Source: Chloroflexota bacterium (GTDB lineage Bacteria > Chloroflexota > UBA11872 > UBA12225). From it: a stretch of DNA of 64,000 bases. Shown piece by piece: positions 1 to 9,110 of the stretch. Position numbers and translations under genes: made by a program. Below the pieces are notes generated by a model that saw only the letters and a program-made list of their open reading frames with translations, had not been told where the DNA came from and ran no database searches. Position 1 is the stretch's first letter; every line of letters starts with the position of its first letter. The stretch spans positions 1,277 to 65,276 of the forward strand of contig DAOTTI010000267.1 in the NCBI GenBank assembly GCA_034437795.1. Reading direction: 5' to 3'.

Positions 1-1
1 C

Positions 2-514
2 GGCGCTGAGGCGTCGACCATCTTCGCCGGCCTGATCGAAAGCGACGCCTTCCAGACGCTGGTCGACGCCAAGCAGAAGGCGGGGCTTCGCGCGGACCTG
101 GGCATCGCGGCCCGCGACTACCTGAATGCGATGCGCATTCGCGCCCGCGTGCAGCAGGCCTTCCGCGACCTGTTCCGGCAGGTGGACGTCCTGGTCGGGG
201 TCGGGCGGCCGGGGCCGGCCACTCCTATCGATCAGCCCCTGGACCGGCGGGCGTCGCGCCGGCCGGCGCCCCCGCCGGCCAGGCCCGCGAACCCTGCCCT
301 GATCCCCGCCGGCAACCTGGCCGGGCTGCCGGCGCTGTGTCTGCCCTGCGGCTTCGCCAGGGCGTCAGGTGCCAGGAAGGAGGGCGCCAGCGAGCTGCCC
401 GTAGCCATCCAGCTCGTCGGGCCGCCGTTCGCGGAGAACCGGCTCCTCTCCCTGGGCGCCTGGTTCCAGGCCCAGACCGATTGGCACCGGCGCCGGCCGC
501 CCGGCTGCTCATAG
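2..514 (+). CDS. amidase-signature family protein, C-terminal part (5' end outside window)
   Basis: Frame is open from the window edge. The tail LIPAGNLAGLPALCLPCGF...LPVAIQLVGPPFAENRLLSLGAWFQ resembles the conserved C-terminus of GatA-like amidases. Stop TAG at 512-514. Confidence 0.8.
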   Translation, partial: GAEASTIFAGLIESDAFQTLVDAKQKAGLRADLGIAARDYLNAMRIRARVQQAFRDLFRQVDVLVGVGRPGPATPIDQPLDRRASRRPAPPPARPANPALIPAGNLAGLPALCLPCGFARASGARKEGASELPVAIQLVGPPFAENRLLSLGAWFQAQTDWHRRRPPGCS

Positions 515-646
515 GAATTCCGGTAGCCGGCGGAGCTGCCCCTAAGGTTCTCTCGTACCCTTGTCGAAGCAGGGAACCGAGGCCGGCCCTCACCCATCAG
601 CCGGCCTCGGCCGCCTGCGCACCTCTGGAGGAGAAGGACGCACGAC

Positions 647-2110
647 GTGGCGAAGATTGCATTGATTGGGGCAGGCAGCGTGATCTGGGCGCGGCGCCTG
701 ATGATGGACATCCTGAGCTTCGAGGAACTGCGGGGCGCCACGCTCTCCTTGATGGACATCGACCCCGTCCGGCTGGAGACGGCCCGAAAGACAGTGGAGC
801 GCCTGGTGGCGCAGGTGCAGGCGCCGGCGACGGTCACGGCCTCCCTCGACCGCCGGACGGCGGTCACCGGCGCCGACTACGTCATCTACGCGGTGCAGGT
901 GGGGATGCATGAGGCGACGCTCAAGGACTTCGAGATCCCCAAGAAGTACGGCCTCCGGCAGACGATCGCCGACACGCTCGGCGTCGGCGGGATCTTCCGC
1001 GGCATGCGCACCATCCCCGTCCTGCTCGACCTGCTGCGGGACATGGAGGCGGTGTGTCCAGACGCCCTGCTGCTGAACTACGTGAACCCCATGTCTATCC
1101 TGTGCCTGGCGGCGGCGCGCGCCTCGTCGATCAAGGCGGTCGGGCTCTGCCACAGCGTGCAGGGCACGTCGCAGCAACTGGCCGGCTACATCGGGGTGCC
1201 GCCCCAGGAGCTCCGCTACCGCGTGGCGGGGATCAACCACATGGCCTGGTTCCTCTCCCTCACCCACCAGGGCCAGGACGCCTACCCCCGCCTGTGGCAG
1301 GCGATGCAGGACCCCGCCATCTACGCCAGGGACAAGGTGCGCTTCGAGATGATGCGCCGGCTGGGCTACTTCGTCACCGAGAGCAGCGAGCACATGGCGG
1401 AGTACGTCCCCTACTTCATCAAGCGCGACTCGCTGGTGCGCCAGTTTGACATCCCGCTGGACGAATACGTCCGGCGCAGCGAGCGGAATCTCCAGACGTT
1501 CGAGCAGACGCGCCGTGAGGTCGAGCGGGGCGAGCCGATCGAGATGCGCCGGTCGCACGAATACGCGGCCTACATCATCCGCGCCATCGAGGCCAACCAG
1601 GACTGGTCGTTCAACGGCAACGTCCCGAACTCGCTGGACCGGCGTACGGGGGCCTTGATCCCGAACCTGCCGGCCGATAGCGTCGTCGAGGTGCGTTGTC
1701 TGGTGAACGGCGCCGGCGTGTCGCCCTGCCACGTGGGCGACCTCCCCACCCAGCTGGCCGGCCTCAACCGGAGCCACATTACCGTGCACCAGCTGGTGGT
1801 GGAGGCGGCCTTGACGGGGAGCCGCGACGCGCTCTACCAGGCGGTGATGCTGGACCCGCACACCGCCAGCGTCCTGAGCCTGGACGAGATCTGGGCCATG
1901 ACCGACGAGCTGATCGAGGCGCACGGCGACGCCCTGCCCAGGCTGCCGCCGCGCCGGCTGGCCGGCGCCCCCGGCCGGCCGGCGGCCCCGCCGCCTGCTC
2001 CCCACCCCCTCTTTACCGTCGAGCCAGGGCACGGCTCAGACGGCTCCACCGCGGCCAACGGGGTGGCGGGAGCACCCCTCGCCGCCGTCACCGCCCCTAC
2101 CGGGGCCTAA
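647..2110 (+). CDS. glycoside hydrolase family 4 (NAD-dependent alpha-glucosidase/alpha-galactosidase type)
   Basis: N-terminal Rossmann KIALIGAGSVIW, GLCHSVQGT motif and INHMAW block. GGAGGAGAAGG lies upstream of the GTG start. The C-terminus has a low-complexity Pro/Ala tail. Confidence 0.9.
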   Translation: MAKIALIGAGSVIWARRLMMDILSFEELRGATLSLMDIDPVRLETARKTVERLVAQVQAPATVTASLDRRTAVTGADYVIYAVQVGMHEATLKDFEIPKKYGLRQTIADTLGVGGIFRGMRTIPVLLDLLRDMEAVCPDALLLNYVNPMSILCLAAARASSIKAVGLCHSVQGTSQQLAGYIGVPPQELRYRVAGINHMAWFLSLTHQGQDAYPRLWQAMQDPAIYARDKVRFEMMRRLGYFVTESSEHMAEYVPYFIKRDSLVRQFDIPLDEYVRRSERNLQTFEQTRREVERGEPIEMRRSHEYAAYIIRAIEANQDWSFNGNVPNSLDRRTGALIPNLPADSVVEVRCLVNGAGVSPCHVGDLPTQLAGLNRSHITVHQLVVEAALTGSRDALYQAVMLDPHTASVLSLDEIWAMTDELIEAHGDALPRLPPRRLAGAPGRPAAPPPAPHPLFTVEPGHGSDGSTAANGVAGAPLAAVTAPTGA

Positions 2111-2194
2111 TCTGGCTTGTGTACGGCCAGCGAGAAGTTCCCTCTCCCAAAGGGAGAGGGCAAGGGTGAGGGCGCCACTCGTGCATAATCCAGG
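2111..2194 (+). repeat. REP/MITE-like palindromic element, copy 1
   Basis: Starts directly after the GH4 stop. Hairpin CCCTCTCCC-AAA-GGGAGAGGG (2140-2160) followed by GGTGAGGGCGCC. Termini CTGGCTTGTGTACG / CGTGCATAATCCAG are inverted. Confidence 0.8.
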
Positions 2195-2463
2195 CGCGCC
2201 CAGATCCCTGTGTCGGGAGCCAGCCTTTAACCGGTGGCGCTGGCGCTCCGCGAGCAACATGACTGAATAGCCACGGCGCGGCCGCAGAAATGCTGGTCAA
2301 AGGTCGGGCAAAACACGGAGAAGCGCCCACCGCGGCATGGGCCAGCAGTCCCATTCTCGGCCCGTGGCGCGCGGTATGGTTGTAGGCTAGGGCACGCTCA
2401 TCAACAACGGGCGCGGCATCGGAGCAGGCGTCGAAACAGTATGAAGGGGCGACTGCGGACAGC

Positions 2464-3744
2464 GTGGCGGTGGCCTTTCGCTGCCTGGAAGGCCCGCGCC
2501 CGCCAGGCGGCATGAGGGGACGAATGCGCGAAGGGACGTGGCAGTGGTTGGCCGCTTCCGGCTCCCTGGCGGCCTATGCCCTGGTGGTGGCGGGCGTCGC
2601 CCCGGCCGGCCATCGGAGCCAGGTTGCGCCCCTCTCGCTGGTGCCGGTGGTGGCGTGCGCCGCTGTGGCCGGACTGCGTGGGGGGCTGGCCGCTACCGCG
2701 GTGGTCATGGCGCTCAACGTCGCGCTCGCCTTCGAGGCATCGGCCAGCCTCGCCGGACTGATCGGCCACCTCGTCATCCTGCTCTCGGCCCTGGGGGTCT
2801 CCTGGCTGCGCGCGCTGCTCCAGCGGACGCGGGCGCAGGCCAGCACGCTGGCCAGCCTGATGACCGAGAACAGCCGCCTGTCCCAGGAGGCGGCGGAGGA
2901 GGCGGCCCTGCGCCGGCTGGGGGAGCTCAAGGACGAGCTGCGGCGCACTGTCTCGCACGAGCTGCGCACGCCCCTGTCCTACATCTACGGCTACAGCGAG
3001 CTGCTCCTGCTCTCCGACCAGGTGCCGGAACGCGAGCGGGGCATGATCCAGGAGATCCACCGCGGCGCTGAGCACATGCGCCGGCTGCTGGACGATCTGC
3101 TGGACCTGGACCGCATTCAATCGGGGCAGCTACGGCTGGAGCGCACGGCCGTGGACCTGCCGGCCGTCATCGCGGACGCGATCGAGCACGTCCGCGAGGC
3201 CGAGGCGACGCGCCACCAGTTCGCCATCGACGTTGCGCGCGGCCAGGGGCACCTGCTGGCCATCGCCGATCCAGCGCGCGTCCGGCAGGTCCTGCTCAGC
3301 CTGCTGACCAATGCCGTGCGCTACTCGCCCGACGGGAGCCAGATCCAGATCGCGGTACGGCTGCAGGCCGGCGCCGCGCCCGATGGCAGCGCTAGGGCGA
3401 GCGTCCCGCCTACCGCCTGCCGGTTCGTCGAGGTGCGCATCAGCGACCAGGGGCCGGGCCTGGCCGAGGCGCAGTGCGAGCGGATCTTCGAGAAGTTCTA
3501 TCGCGGGCACGTCAACGTGACGGGCAAGCACCTCGGGGCGGGACTGGGCCTGGCCATCTGTCGTTCCCTGGTGGAGGCGCAGGGCGGCCGGATCTGGGCC
3601 GAAAGCGACGGCCCGGGCCAGGGGGCGACGCTGCGCTTCACCCTGCCCGCGGCGCCGGATAGCGCCGGCTACGCCCTGCGCACGAAGGCGAGCGCGGCCT
3701 CGATGGCAGCCCTGGGCGAAGAGAACGAGCCGAGATTGCGGTAG
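2464..3744 (+). CDS. sensor histidine kinase (membrane-anchored; no adjacent response regulator)
   Basis: H-box SHELRTPLS, N/G boxes LLTNAVRYSP and GLGLAICRSLVEAQGGRIWAES, hydrophobic N-terminal segments. Start uncertain (alternative ATG at 2512). Confidence 0.85.
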   Translation: MAVAFRCLEGPRPPGGMRGRMREGTWQWLAASGSLAAYALVVAGVAPAGHRSQVAPLSLVPVVACAAVAGLRGGLAATAVVMALNVALAFEASASLAGLIGHLVILLSALGVSWLRALLQRTRAQASTLASLMTENSRLSQEAAEEAALRRLGELKDELRRTVSHELRTPLSYIYGYSELLLLSDQVPERERGMIQEIHRGAEHMRRLLDDLLDLDRIQSGQLRLERTAVDLPAVIADAIEHVREAEATRHQFAIDVARGQGHLLAIADPARVRQVLLSLLTNAVRYSPDGSQIQIAVRLQAGAAPDGSARASVPPTACRFVEVRISDQGPGLAEAQCERIFEKFYRGHVNVTGKHLGAGLGLAICRSLVEAQGGRIWAESDGPGQGATLRFTLPAAPDSAGYALRTKASAASMAALGEENEPRLR

Positions 3745-3929
3745 TCGCCGTCGTCCTCGTGGCCAACCACGGTGAAGTCGTCATCGGCGACGTAGGCCAC
3801 CTCTGCGCCCCGGCCGTGCACCGCCCCCTCCGTGCCGTACTGTGGCCCGTACACCACCATGTCGCCGGCCGCATTGGCCTTGTGCCTGACGCCGATCTCT
3901 CGGGCGGCCTTTACCAGCGGGGTCATCAC
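3669..3929 (-). CDS. hypothetical small protein (86 aa)
   Basis: ORF with GC-rich third positions, convergent with the kinase gene and overlapping its 3' end by 76 nt. No recognisable motif. Confidence 0.35.
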   Translation of the reverse strand: MMTPLVKAAREIGVRHKANAAGDMVVYGPQYGTEGAVHGRGAEVAYVADDDFTVVGHEDDGDYRNLGSFSSPRAAIEAALAFVRRA

Positions 3930-3959
3930 TCTCAGTATGCCGTGGCGGCGAGCGGCCCG

Positions 3960-4976
3960 TTAGCCCACCGGCTCCGGCCGCCCGGACTGCGCCGACTTGT
4001 AGGCCGCCTCGGTGACCTGGGCCACGCGCAGCCCGCAGATGGCCGGGGCCTGGGGCTCCGGCACCTCGCCGCGGATGGCGGCGATGAAGTTCTCCACCGG
4101 GCGCACGTCACGCCCTTCGGTCCGCGGGTAGATCTTGTCGCCGCCGCTCGTCTGGTAGCTGAGCCCGTCGGCGCGGATGTTCATCACCCCCGCCGTACCG
4201 TAGAACGAGAACTCCTCGCGCCACGGCTCGGCCGAGAGACTGGTGGCGGCGAAGGTGGCGCGGGCGCCGGTGGTGAAGCGGATGGTCAGCGCGGTGATGA
4301 CGTCGACCAACGTGCCGAAGTTGTCGATCTCGGCGTACACGAGCGCCGGCTCCAGGCCGCTCACCCACAGCATCATGTCCACGATGTGGCTGCCCGTGTC
4401 CATGAAGTGCCCGCCCCCGGATAAGGCAGGGTCGGCCCGCCAGGAGGCGCCGGGGAGAAAGTTGGCCAGGCAGTCCTGGGCGATGAGCACGGTCACCAGC
4501 CGGATCTCGCCCAGCACGCCAGAGGCGACGATCTCGCGCGCCTTCTTGTAGCGGGCCTGGCCGTGGCGCTGGTAGGCGATGGCCAGCTTGAGCCCCTTGC
4601 GCTCCGCCAGGTCGATGGCTGCGCGGGCGTCGGCGGCGGTGGTGGCCATGGGCTTCTCGCACAGGACATGCTTGCCCGCCTCCAGGCTGGCGCGAATGTG
4701 CTGGGCGTGCTGGGTGTGCGGGGTGGCGATCACCACGGCGTCAAGCGACGCCTCGCCCAGCATCCGTTCCAGCGAGGTGAAACGCTGCGGCAGCCAGCCC
4801 GCCGGGGCATTGGCCCCGTACAGCCGGCCGATGGCGCGCTCCAGCGCGGCCTCGCTCACGTCGCAGAGCGCGGTCAGTCCGGCGTCCGGCCGCGCCAGGA
4901 TCTCACGGGCGTGGGCCATGCCCATGCCCCCTGTGCCGACGACGCCGAATCGAAGCATGCTGTTTGTCGCAGCCAT
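3960..4976 (-). CDS. Gfo/Idh/MocA family oxidoreductase
   Basis: N-terminal Rossmann LRFGVVGTGGMGMAHA, EKP motif (VLCEKPMA) and typical C-terminal alpha/beta domain. GAGGAG lies upstream of the ATG. Confidence 0.9.
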   Translation of the reverse strand: MAATNSMLRFGVVGTGGMGMAHAREILARPDAGLTALCDVSEAALERAIGRLYGANAPAGWLPQRFTSLERMLGEASLDAVVIATPHTQHAQHIRASLEAGKHVLCEKPMATTAADARAAIDLAERKGLKLAIAYQRHGQARYKKAREIVASGVLGEIRLVTVLIAQDCLANFLPGASWRADPALSGGGHFMDTGSHIVDMMLWVSGLEPALVYAEIDNFGTLVDVITALTIRFTTGARATFAATSLSAEPWREEFSFYGTAGVMNIRADGLSYQTSGGDKIYPRTEGRDVRPVENFIAAIRGEVPEPQAPAICGLRVAQVTEAAYKSAQSGRPEPVG

Positions 4977-5058
4977 GAAGCCAGTCGCTCCTCAGTGCTC
5001 CTGTGGTCACGTTCAATGCTACCTGCCCGCGGCTCTCTCAGGCCCGCCACCACCTATA

Positions 5059-5087
5059 TTGACAGTGTCACTGCCACTGAGTATGAT
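5059..5087 (+). promoter_or_regulatory. candidate sigma70-type promoter of the MerR gene
   Basis: TTGACA (5059-5064), 17-nt spacer, TATGAT (5082-5087). The spacer holds a short inverted repeat CAGTG...CACTG. The -10 overlaps the first in-frame ATGs, so the ATG at 5095 could start a leaderless mRNA. Confidence 0.35.
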
Positions 5088-5094
5088 GGAGGCG

Positions 5095-5664
5095 ATGGAC
5101 GGCCCTGTCCCCCGCCTGACGATTGAGGAGCTGGCAGCGCGCGCCGGGGTGCGGGTGCGCACCATCCGTTTCTACATCGCCGACGGCCTGCTGCCCGGGC
5201 CAGGTGGACGGGGGCGCGCCGCCGCCTACACCGAAGAGCACCTGGCGCGCCTGCGCCTCATCCGGCGCCTGGTGGAGCGCCACGTGCCGCTGGCCGAGAT
5301 ACGGGCGCTCCTGGCGCGCCTCTCTGCCGACGAGGTGCGGGCGCTTCTGGCTGAAGAGGACCGGCGCGCCGCCACCCTGAGCGCGCCGCGCGGCGTGGCG
5401 CCGCTGCGGGCGTCCTATCAGGCCCTGTTGCCGGAGGCCCCGCCCCTTGAGGCCTCCGCGGCGCCGCCGTCCCCGACGCCCGCGCCAGCGCAGGAGCCCG
5501 GTCCCCTGTGGCGCCGCATCGAGCTGGCTCCAGGGCTGGAGCTCCACGTGCGGCACGACGTCGACGCCATCTACGCCGGCCTGATCCGGCACATCCGCCG
5601 CCAGGTCGGGGCGGGACCTCACCGTAACGCGAGGACGAACCATGTTCAACCCACGAGCCTATGA
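5095..5664 (+). CDS. MerR family transcriptional regulator
   Basis: HTH LTIEELAARAGVRVRTIRFYIADGLL followed by LARLRLIRRL coiled coil. Alternative in-frame ATG at 5083. The track ORF from 4579 is an artefactual 5' extension. Confidence 0.8.
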   Translation: MDGPVPRLTIEELAARAGVRVRTIRFYIADGLLPGPGGRGRAAAYTEEHLARLRLIRRLVERHVPLAEIRALLARLSADEVRALLAEEDRRAATLSAPRGVAPLRASYQALLPEAPPLEASAAPPSPTPAPAQEPGPLWRRIELAPGLELHVRHDVDAIYAGLIRHIRRQVGAGPHRNARTNHVQPTSL

Positions 5665-8386
5665 GAATACGCGGCCGGACGGGATCGCAGTCCTGGAGCT
5701 GGTCGCCGGCGCCGCGGCGCCAGGTCGCCGTGCCGTCGAGGATGCCCCGCCGCCGGAGCGCGAGCGAGCGCTCCCGCATATCCAGCCACTCATCGAGCGC
5801 CCGGTGCAGCCGGCGTGGCCGGTATCGCCGGAACCGCCCCTGCGGCAGTTCGTCCCGCTGAAGCGCTCCGTCCTGGCGGGGGAGATTACCGGGCCCCTGG
5901 CGTCGCTCCGCCTGACGCAGGTCTTCGGGTTCGGCCCCGACGTCGAGCGCGATGGCCTGATGGGGCCGGTGGAAGCGCTGTACCGCTTCCCCTTGCCCGG
6001 CGACGCCGCCGTCACAGGGGTGCTGGTGCGGTTCGGTGAGGTGGTGGTCGAGGCGGCGCTCGAAGCGAGGGGGCAGGCCGAGGCGGAGTACGATGCGGCG
6101 CGGCGCGAGGGCCGGCAGGCCACGCTGCTCACCCGCGAATCGCCGGACGTGTTCACCCTGCGCCTGGCCGGCATCACCTTCGACCAGGACGTGGCGGTCG
6201 AGACCTCGTACGTGCAGCTAGCGCGCGCGGAGCGCACAGGATGGACGCTGCGCGTGCCGCTGACCACTGCCCCGCGCTATGTGCGAGGCAACGAGGCCGG
6301 TACCCGCCACGCCCAGGGCCAGCCGGGCTTCGTCTTGCGCGACCCCGGCCACCGTTTCCGGCTCGACGTGACCGCGCACGGGGCGGCCGAGGTCACGAGC
6401 CCGACGCACCCCCTGTCCGTGGAGCGTTCGGGCGCCGATGGGGACTGCCTGCGCGTGGCTCTGGCCGGGGGCGAGGTCCTGCCGGATCGCGACCTGGTCC
6501 TATCCTGGCAGCCGCTCCAGGAGACCGCGCGCCCCGCCGCCCGCGTCTGGCTGCACGATGAGCCCGCGTCCGACCAGGTCTATTTCCTGGCAATGGTCAC
6601 GCCCCCGCACGCCCCCGCGCCGGATGCCGGCCGGCCACGGGAGCTGATCGTGCTGGTGGACCACTCGGGGTCGATGGCGGGTTCCAAGTGGGCCGCCGCC
6701 GACTGGGCGGTGAAGCAGTTCCTGGCCGAACTGGACGAGCGCGAGCGCTTCACTCTCGGCGTCTTCCACAACACCACCACGTGGTTCGCCACGCAGCCGT
6801 GTCCCGCCACGATGGAGGCGGTGGCGCAGGCCTACCGTTTCCTGGACGCCCACCGCGACAGCGGGGGCACCGAGCTGGGCGTGGCCCTGGAGCAGGCCCT
6901 CAGCCTTCGCCGGGTGGAGGGGGAGTACGCCCGCCACGTGGTGGTGATCACGGACGCCCAGGTGACGGACACCCATCGCATCCTGCGCCTGGCCGAGCAG
7001 GAGGCACGGCGCGCCGACCGGCGCCGGATCAGCGTGCTGTGCATCGACGCCGCCCCGAACTCCTTCCTGGCCCTGGAGCTCGCCGAGCGCGGGGGCGGCG
7101 TAGCCAGGTTCCTCACCAGCGCCGCGGATGAGGAGGACATCGCCACCGCGCTGGATGAGCTACTGGCGGAGTGGGCGCGACCGGTGGCCACCGACCTCCG
7201 CCTCACCGTCAACCGCCGCCAGGTCGAGACCGCCGGCCGCCGGACCGTCCCCGCCGGCAGTGACGACACGAGCGACGCCGCCATCGATCTGGGCGATCTC
7301 CCCGCGGGGCGCAGCGTGTGGGTGGCCGGGCGCGTACCTCGTGCAGACGTGCACGATCTCCGGTTCTCGCTCGCCGCGGCCGGCGAGAACCAGCGTCCGG
7401 CCCTGCTCAAGCCGGCGGCCGGCCCGGCCCACCAGCCAGCGCTGAAGGCGCTCTTTGGCGCGCAGCGCCTCCTGGCCCTGGAGCACCTCGCCGGAGCGCG
7501 GTACGATCGCCGCGAGCTCCGCAGCCGGCTGGCGGCGCTGGGCTATGACGCCGACCGCGTCCTGGCCGGCGCTGAGCGCCACCTTGCCAGGCTCTATCCC
7601 GAGAATGCGGGGTGGGAGCACGAGCAGGCGTTGCGAGACCTGCTGCGCCGTGAGGCGCTGGCGTTCGGCCTGCCTTCCTCCGAGACGGCCTTCGTCGCCA
7701 CGCGCAAGGAGCGCGGGAAGCTGGTCGAGCGCACGGTCGTCGTTGGCAACGCCCTGCCCGCCGGCTGGTCCGAGCCTGCCTATTCCCTGGCCACCGCGCC
7801 GGCCAAGGCGTCGTTCGCCTCGCGTTTGGCCCCGCCCCTGGCGTCAGACGCCGCGGATGCTGGCGTGTTTGGCGCCCTGGCGGCGCCTGCTGGATCCGCA
7901 CCGGCCGGTGGCGGCGGAGCGCCGGACGAGCGCTGGCATATGGCGGCCCCCACCGCGGCGGCGCCCGTTGCGCCACGCCGCCACGACTATCCTGGTGCCC
8001 ACGTCCCCGGGCTTGGCCGGTCGTCGGCCATCGTCTTCGCTGGCGCACCGCGGCTGCAGGATGGCGCGGCGGTGCTGTACGACTCCGAGCGGGCCGGCGC
8101 GTGTCCCTTGCCGGACATGGTGACCTTCACGCTGCTGCGGGTCCGCTTCCTCGCTGGCGCGCCGGACGCGGGCGCCGTCGACCGGCGCCTGCGCCTGCTC
8201 ATCTTTGTCGATGATCTGGCATCGCCCCGCGCGCAGGTGCTGCTGGCCGACCTGCTGCGGCAGCACGGAGAGCGCCCGCTCAATCTGCGACGGCGGCCGG
8301 GCGAGCCGGTGCGCATCGTCTTGCTGGATCCGACGGGGGCCTGGGCCGCCGGTGCGCCGGCGCTGGAGATCAGCCTGGGCTGGTAA
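5642..8386 (+). CDS. VIT domain plus von Willebrand factor A domain protein (914 aa)
   Basis: VIT block EALYRFPLPGDAAVTG...TTAPRYV, and vWA with MIDAS DHSGSM...GGTELG...VITDAQ. GAGGA lies 7 nt before the ATG. The start overlaps the MerR 3' end by 23 nt. Confidence 0.85.
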   Translation: MFNPRAYENTRPDGIAVLELVAGAAAPGRRAVEDAPPPERERALPHIQPLIERPVQPAWPVSPEPPLRQFVPLKRSVLAGEITGPLASLRLTQVFGFGPDVERDGLMGPVEALYRFPLPGDAAVTGVLVRFGEVVVEAALEARGQAEAEYDAARREGRQATLLTRESPDVFTLRLAGITFDQDVAVETSYVQLARAERTGWTLRVPLTTAPRYVRGNEAGTRHAQGQPGFVLRDPGHRFRLDVTAHGAAEVTSPTHPLSVERSGADGDCLRVALAGGEVLPDRDLVLSWQPLQETARPAARVWLHDEPASDQVYFLAMVTPPHAPAPDAGRPRELIVLVDHSGSMAGSKWAAADWAVKQFLAELDERERFTLGVFHNTTTWFATQPCPATMEAVAQAYRFLDAHRDSGGTELGVALEQALSLRRVEGEYARHVVVITDAQVTDTHRILRLAEQEARRADRRRISVLCIDAAPNSFLALELAERGGGVARFLTSAADEEDIATALDELLAEWARPVATDLRLTVNRRQVETAGRRTVPAGSDDTSDAAIDLGDLPAGRSVWVAGRVPRADVHDLRFSLAAAGENQRPALLKPAAGPAHQPALKALFGAQRLLALEHLAGARYDRRELRSRLAALGYDADRVLAGAERHLARLYPENAGWEHEQALRDLLRREALAFGLPSSETAFVATRKERGKLVERTVVVGNALPAGWSEPAYSLATAPAKASFASRLAPPLASDAADAGVFGALAAPAGSAPAGGGGAPDERWHMAAPTAAAPVAPRRHDYPGAHVPGLGRSSAIVFAGAPRLQDGAAVLYDSERAGACPLPDMVTFTLLRVRFLAGAPDAGAVDRRLRLLIFVDDLASPRAQVLLADLLRQHGERPLNLRRRPGEPVRIVLLDPTGAWAAGAPALEISLGW

Positions 8387-8948
8387 GGCTGCGGTCGCCC
8401 GCTTCGGCGGGCCGGCCGCTGGCGACGGCCAAGGCGCGGACGGCCGCTGCCAGCGCGGCGTCGAGCGCCGCACGGGTGGCCTGCGGCGGCGCTCCGTAAG
8501 GGACCGGCTCGAAGACCAGGCGCCGGTACCGCCAGCCGCCGGCCGGGCGCCCCCACCCGAACCGCCTGAGCAGGCGCCGCCACCAGGAACCGGCGACGGG
8601 CGGCCCGTCCGGCGGCAGGTGAGGGCGGAGCCAGTCCGGCACCGGCCCGAGCGCGCCCTCGACACAGCGCACGCGGACCCCCGGCGCGCCCAGGTCCTGC
8701 CCCGCGGCGCGGCGACACCTGCGCACGAAGTCCCGCCAGCGCCGGAGGTCGGCGACCACCACGTCCACGTGGGCCTGGCGCCGCCCTCGCGCAAGCGAGT
8801 CAGGCTCATCAGGATGGCCGGCGCAGGAGAAGACGGTGCGCACCCAGCCGCTGTGGTTGAGGGCGGCCACCAGGGGACGGATCTGGGCATCGATCCGCTC
8901 GCCGCGCAGGGCGTCCCAGGGGATAAACGGCTGCCCAATGGAGGCCAT
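8370..8948 (-). CDS. hypothetical protein
   Basis: ORF 8370..9035. The likely start is MASIGQPF at 8948. Convergent with the VIT-vWA gene and overlapping it by 17 nt. No recognised domain. Confidence 0.5.
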   Translation of the reverse strand: MASIGQPFIPWDALRGERIDAQIRPLVAALNHSGWVRTVFSCAGHPDEPDSLARGRRQAHVDVVVADLRRWRDFVRRCRRAAGQDLGAPGVRVRCVEGALGPVPDWLRPHLPPDGPPVAGSWWRRLLRRFGWGRPAGGWRYRRLVFEPVPYGAPPQATRAALDAALAAAVRALAVASGRPAEAGDRSLTSPG

Positions 8949-9110
8949 CACCCCAATTCTGTACCCCGATCCTGTACCCCTGTTCTGTACCGGCGAGCCC
9001 GCACCAGGGCGCTTGCCGGCGTAACGTGGCGCCAAACGGTATGATCCCTGCCACCAGCGCTGGCCCCGCCCTGGTGGGGCGAACGGGCCGGCAAGGAAGG
9101 GAGACGTTCA

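Noticed and set aside
590-2032. 480-aa ORF on the minus strand
   Set aside because: It is the antisense shadow of the well-supported GH4 gene. Its Arg/Gly/Pro-rich composition is typical of wrong-frame ORFs in high-GC DNA, and it has no motifs.
4579-5082. 5' extension of the MerR ORF (track start 4579)
   Set aside because: It overlaps the Gfo/Idh/MocA gene on the other strand and encodes low-complexity sequence. The MerR HTH begins just after the ATGs at 5083 and 5095, which sit behind a promoter-like signal.
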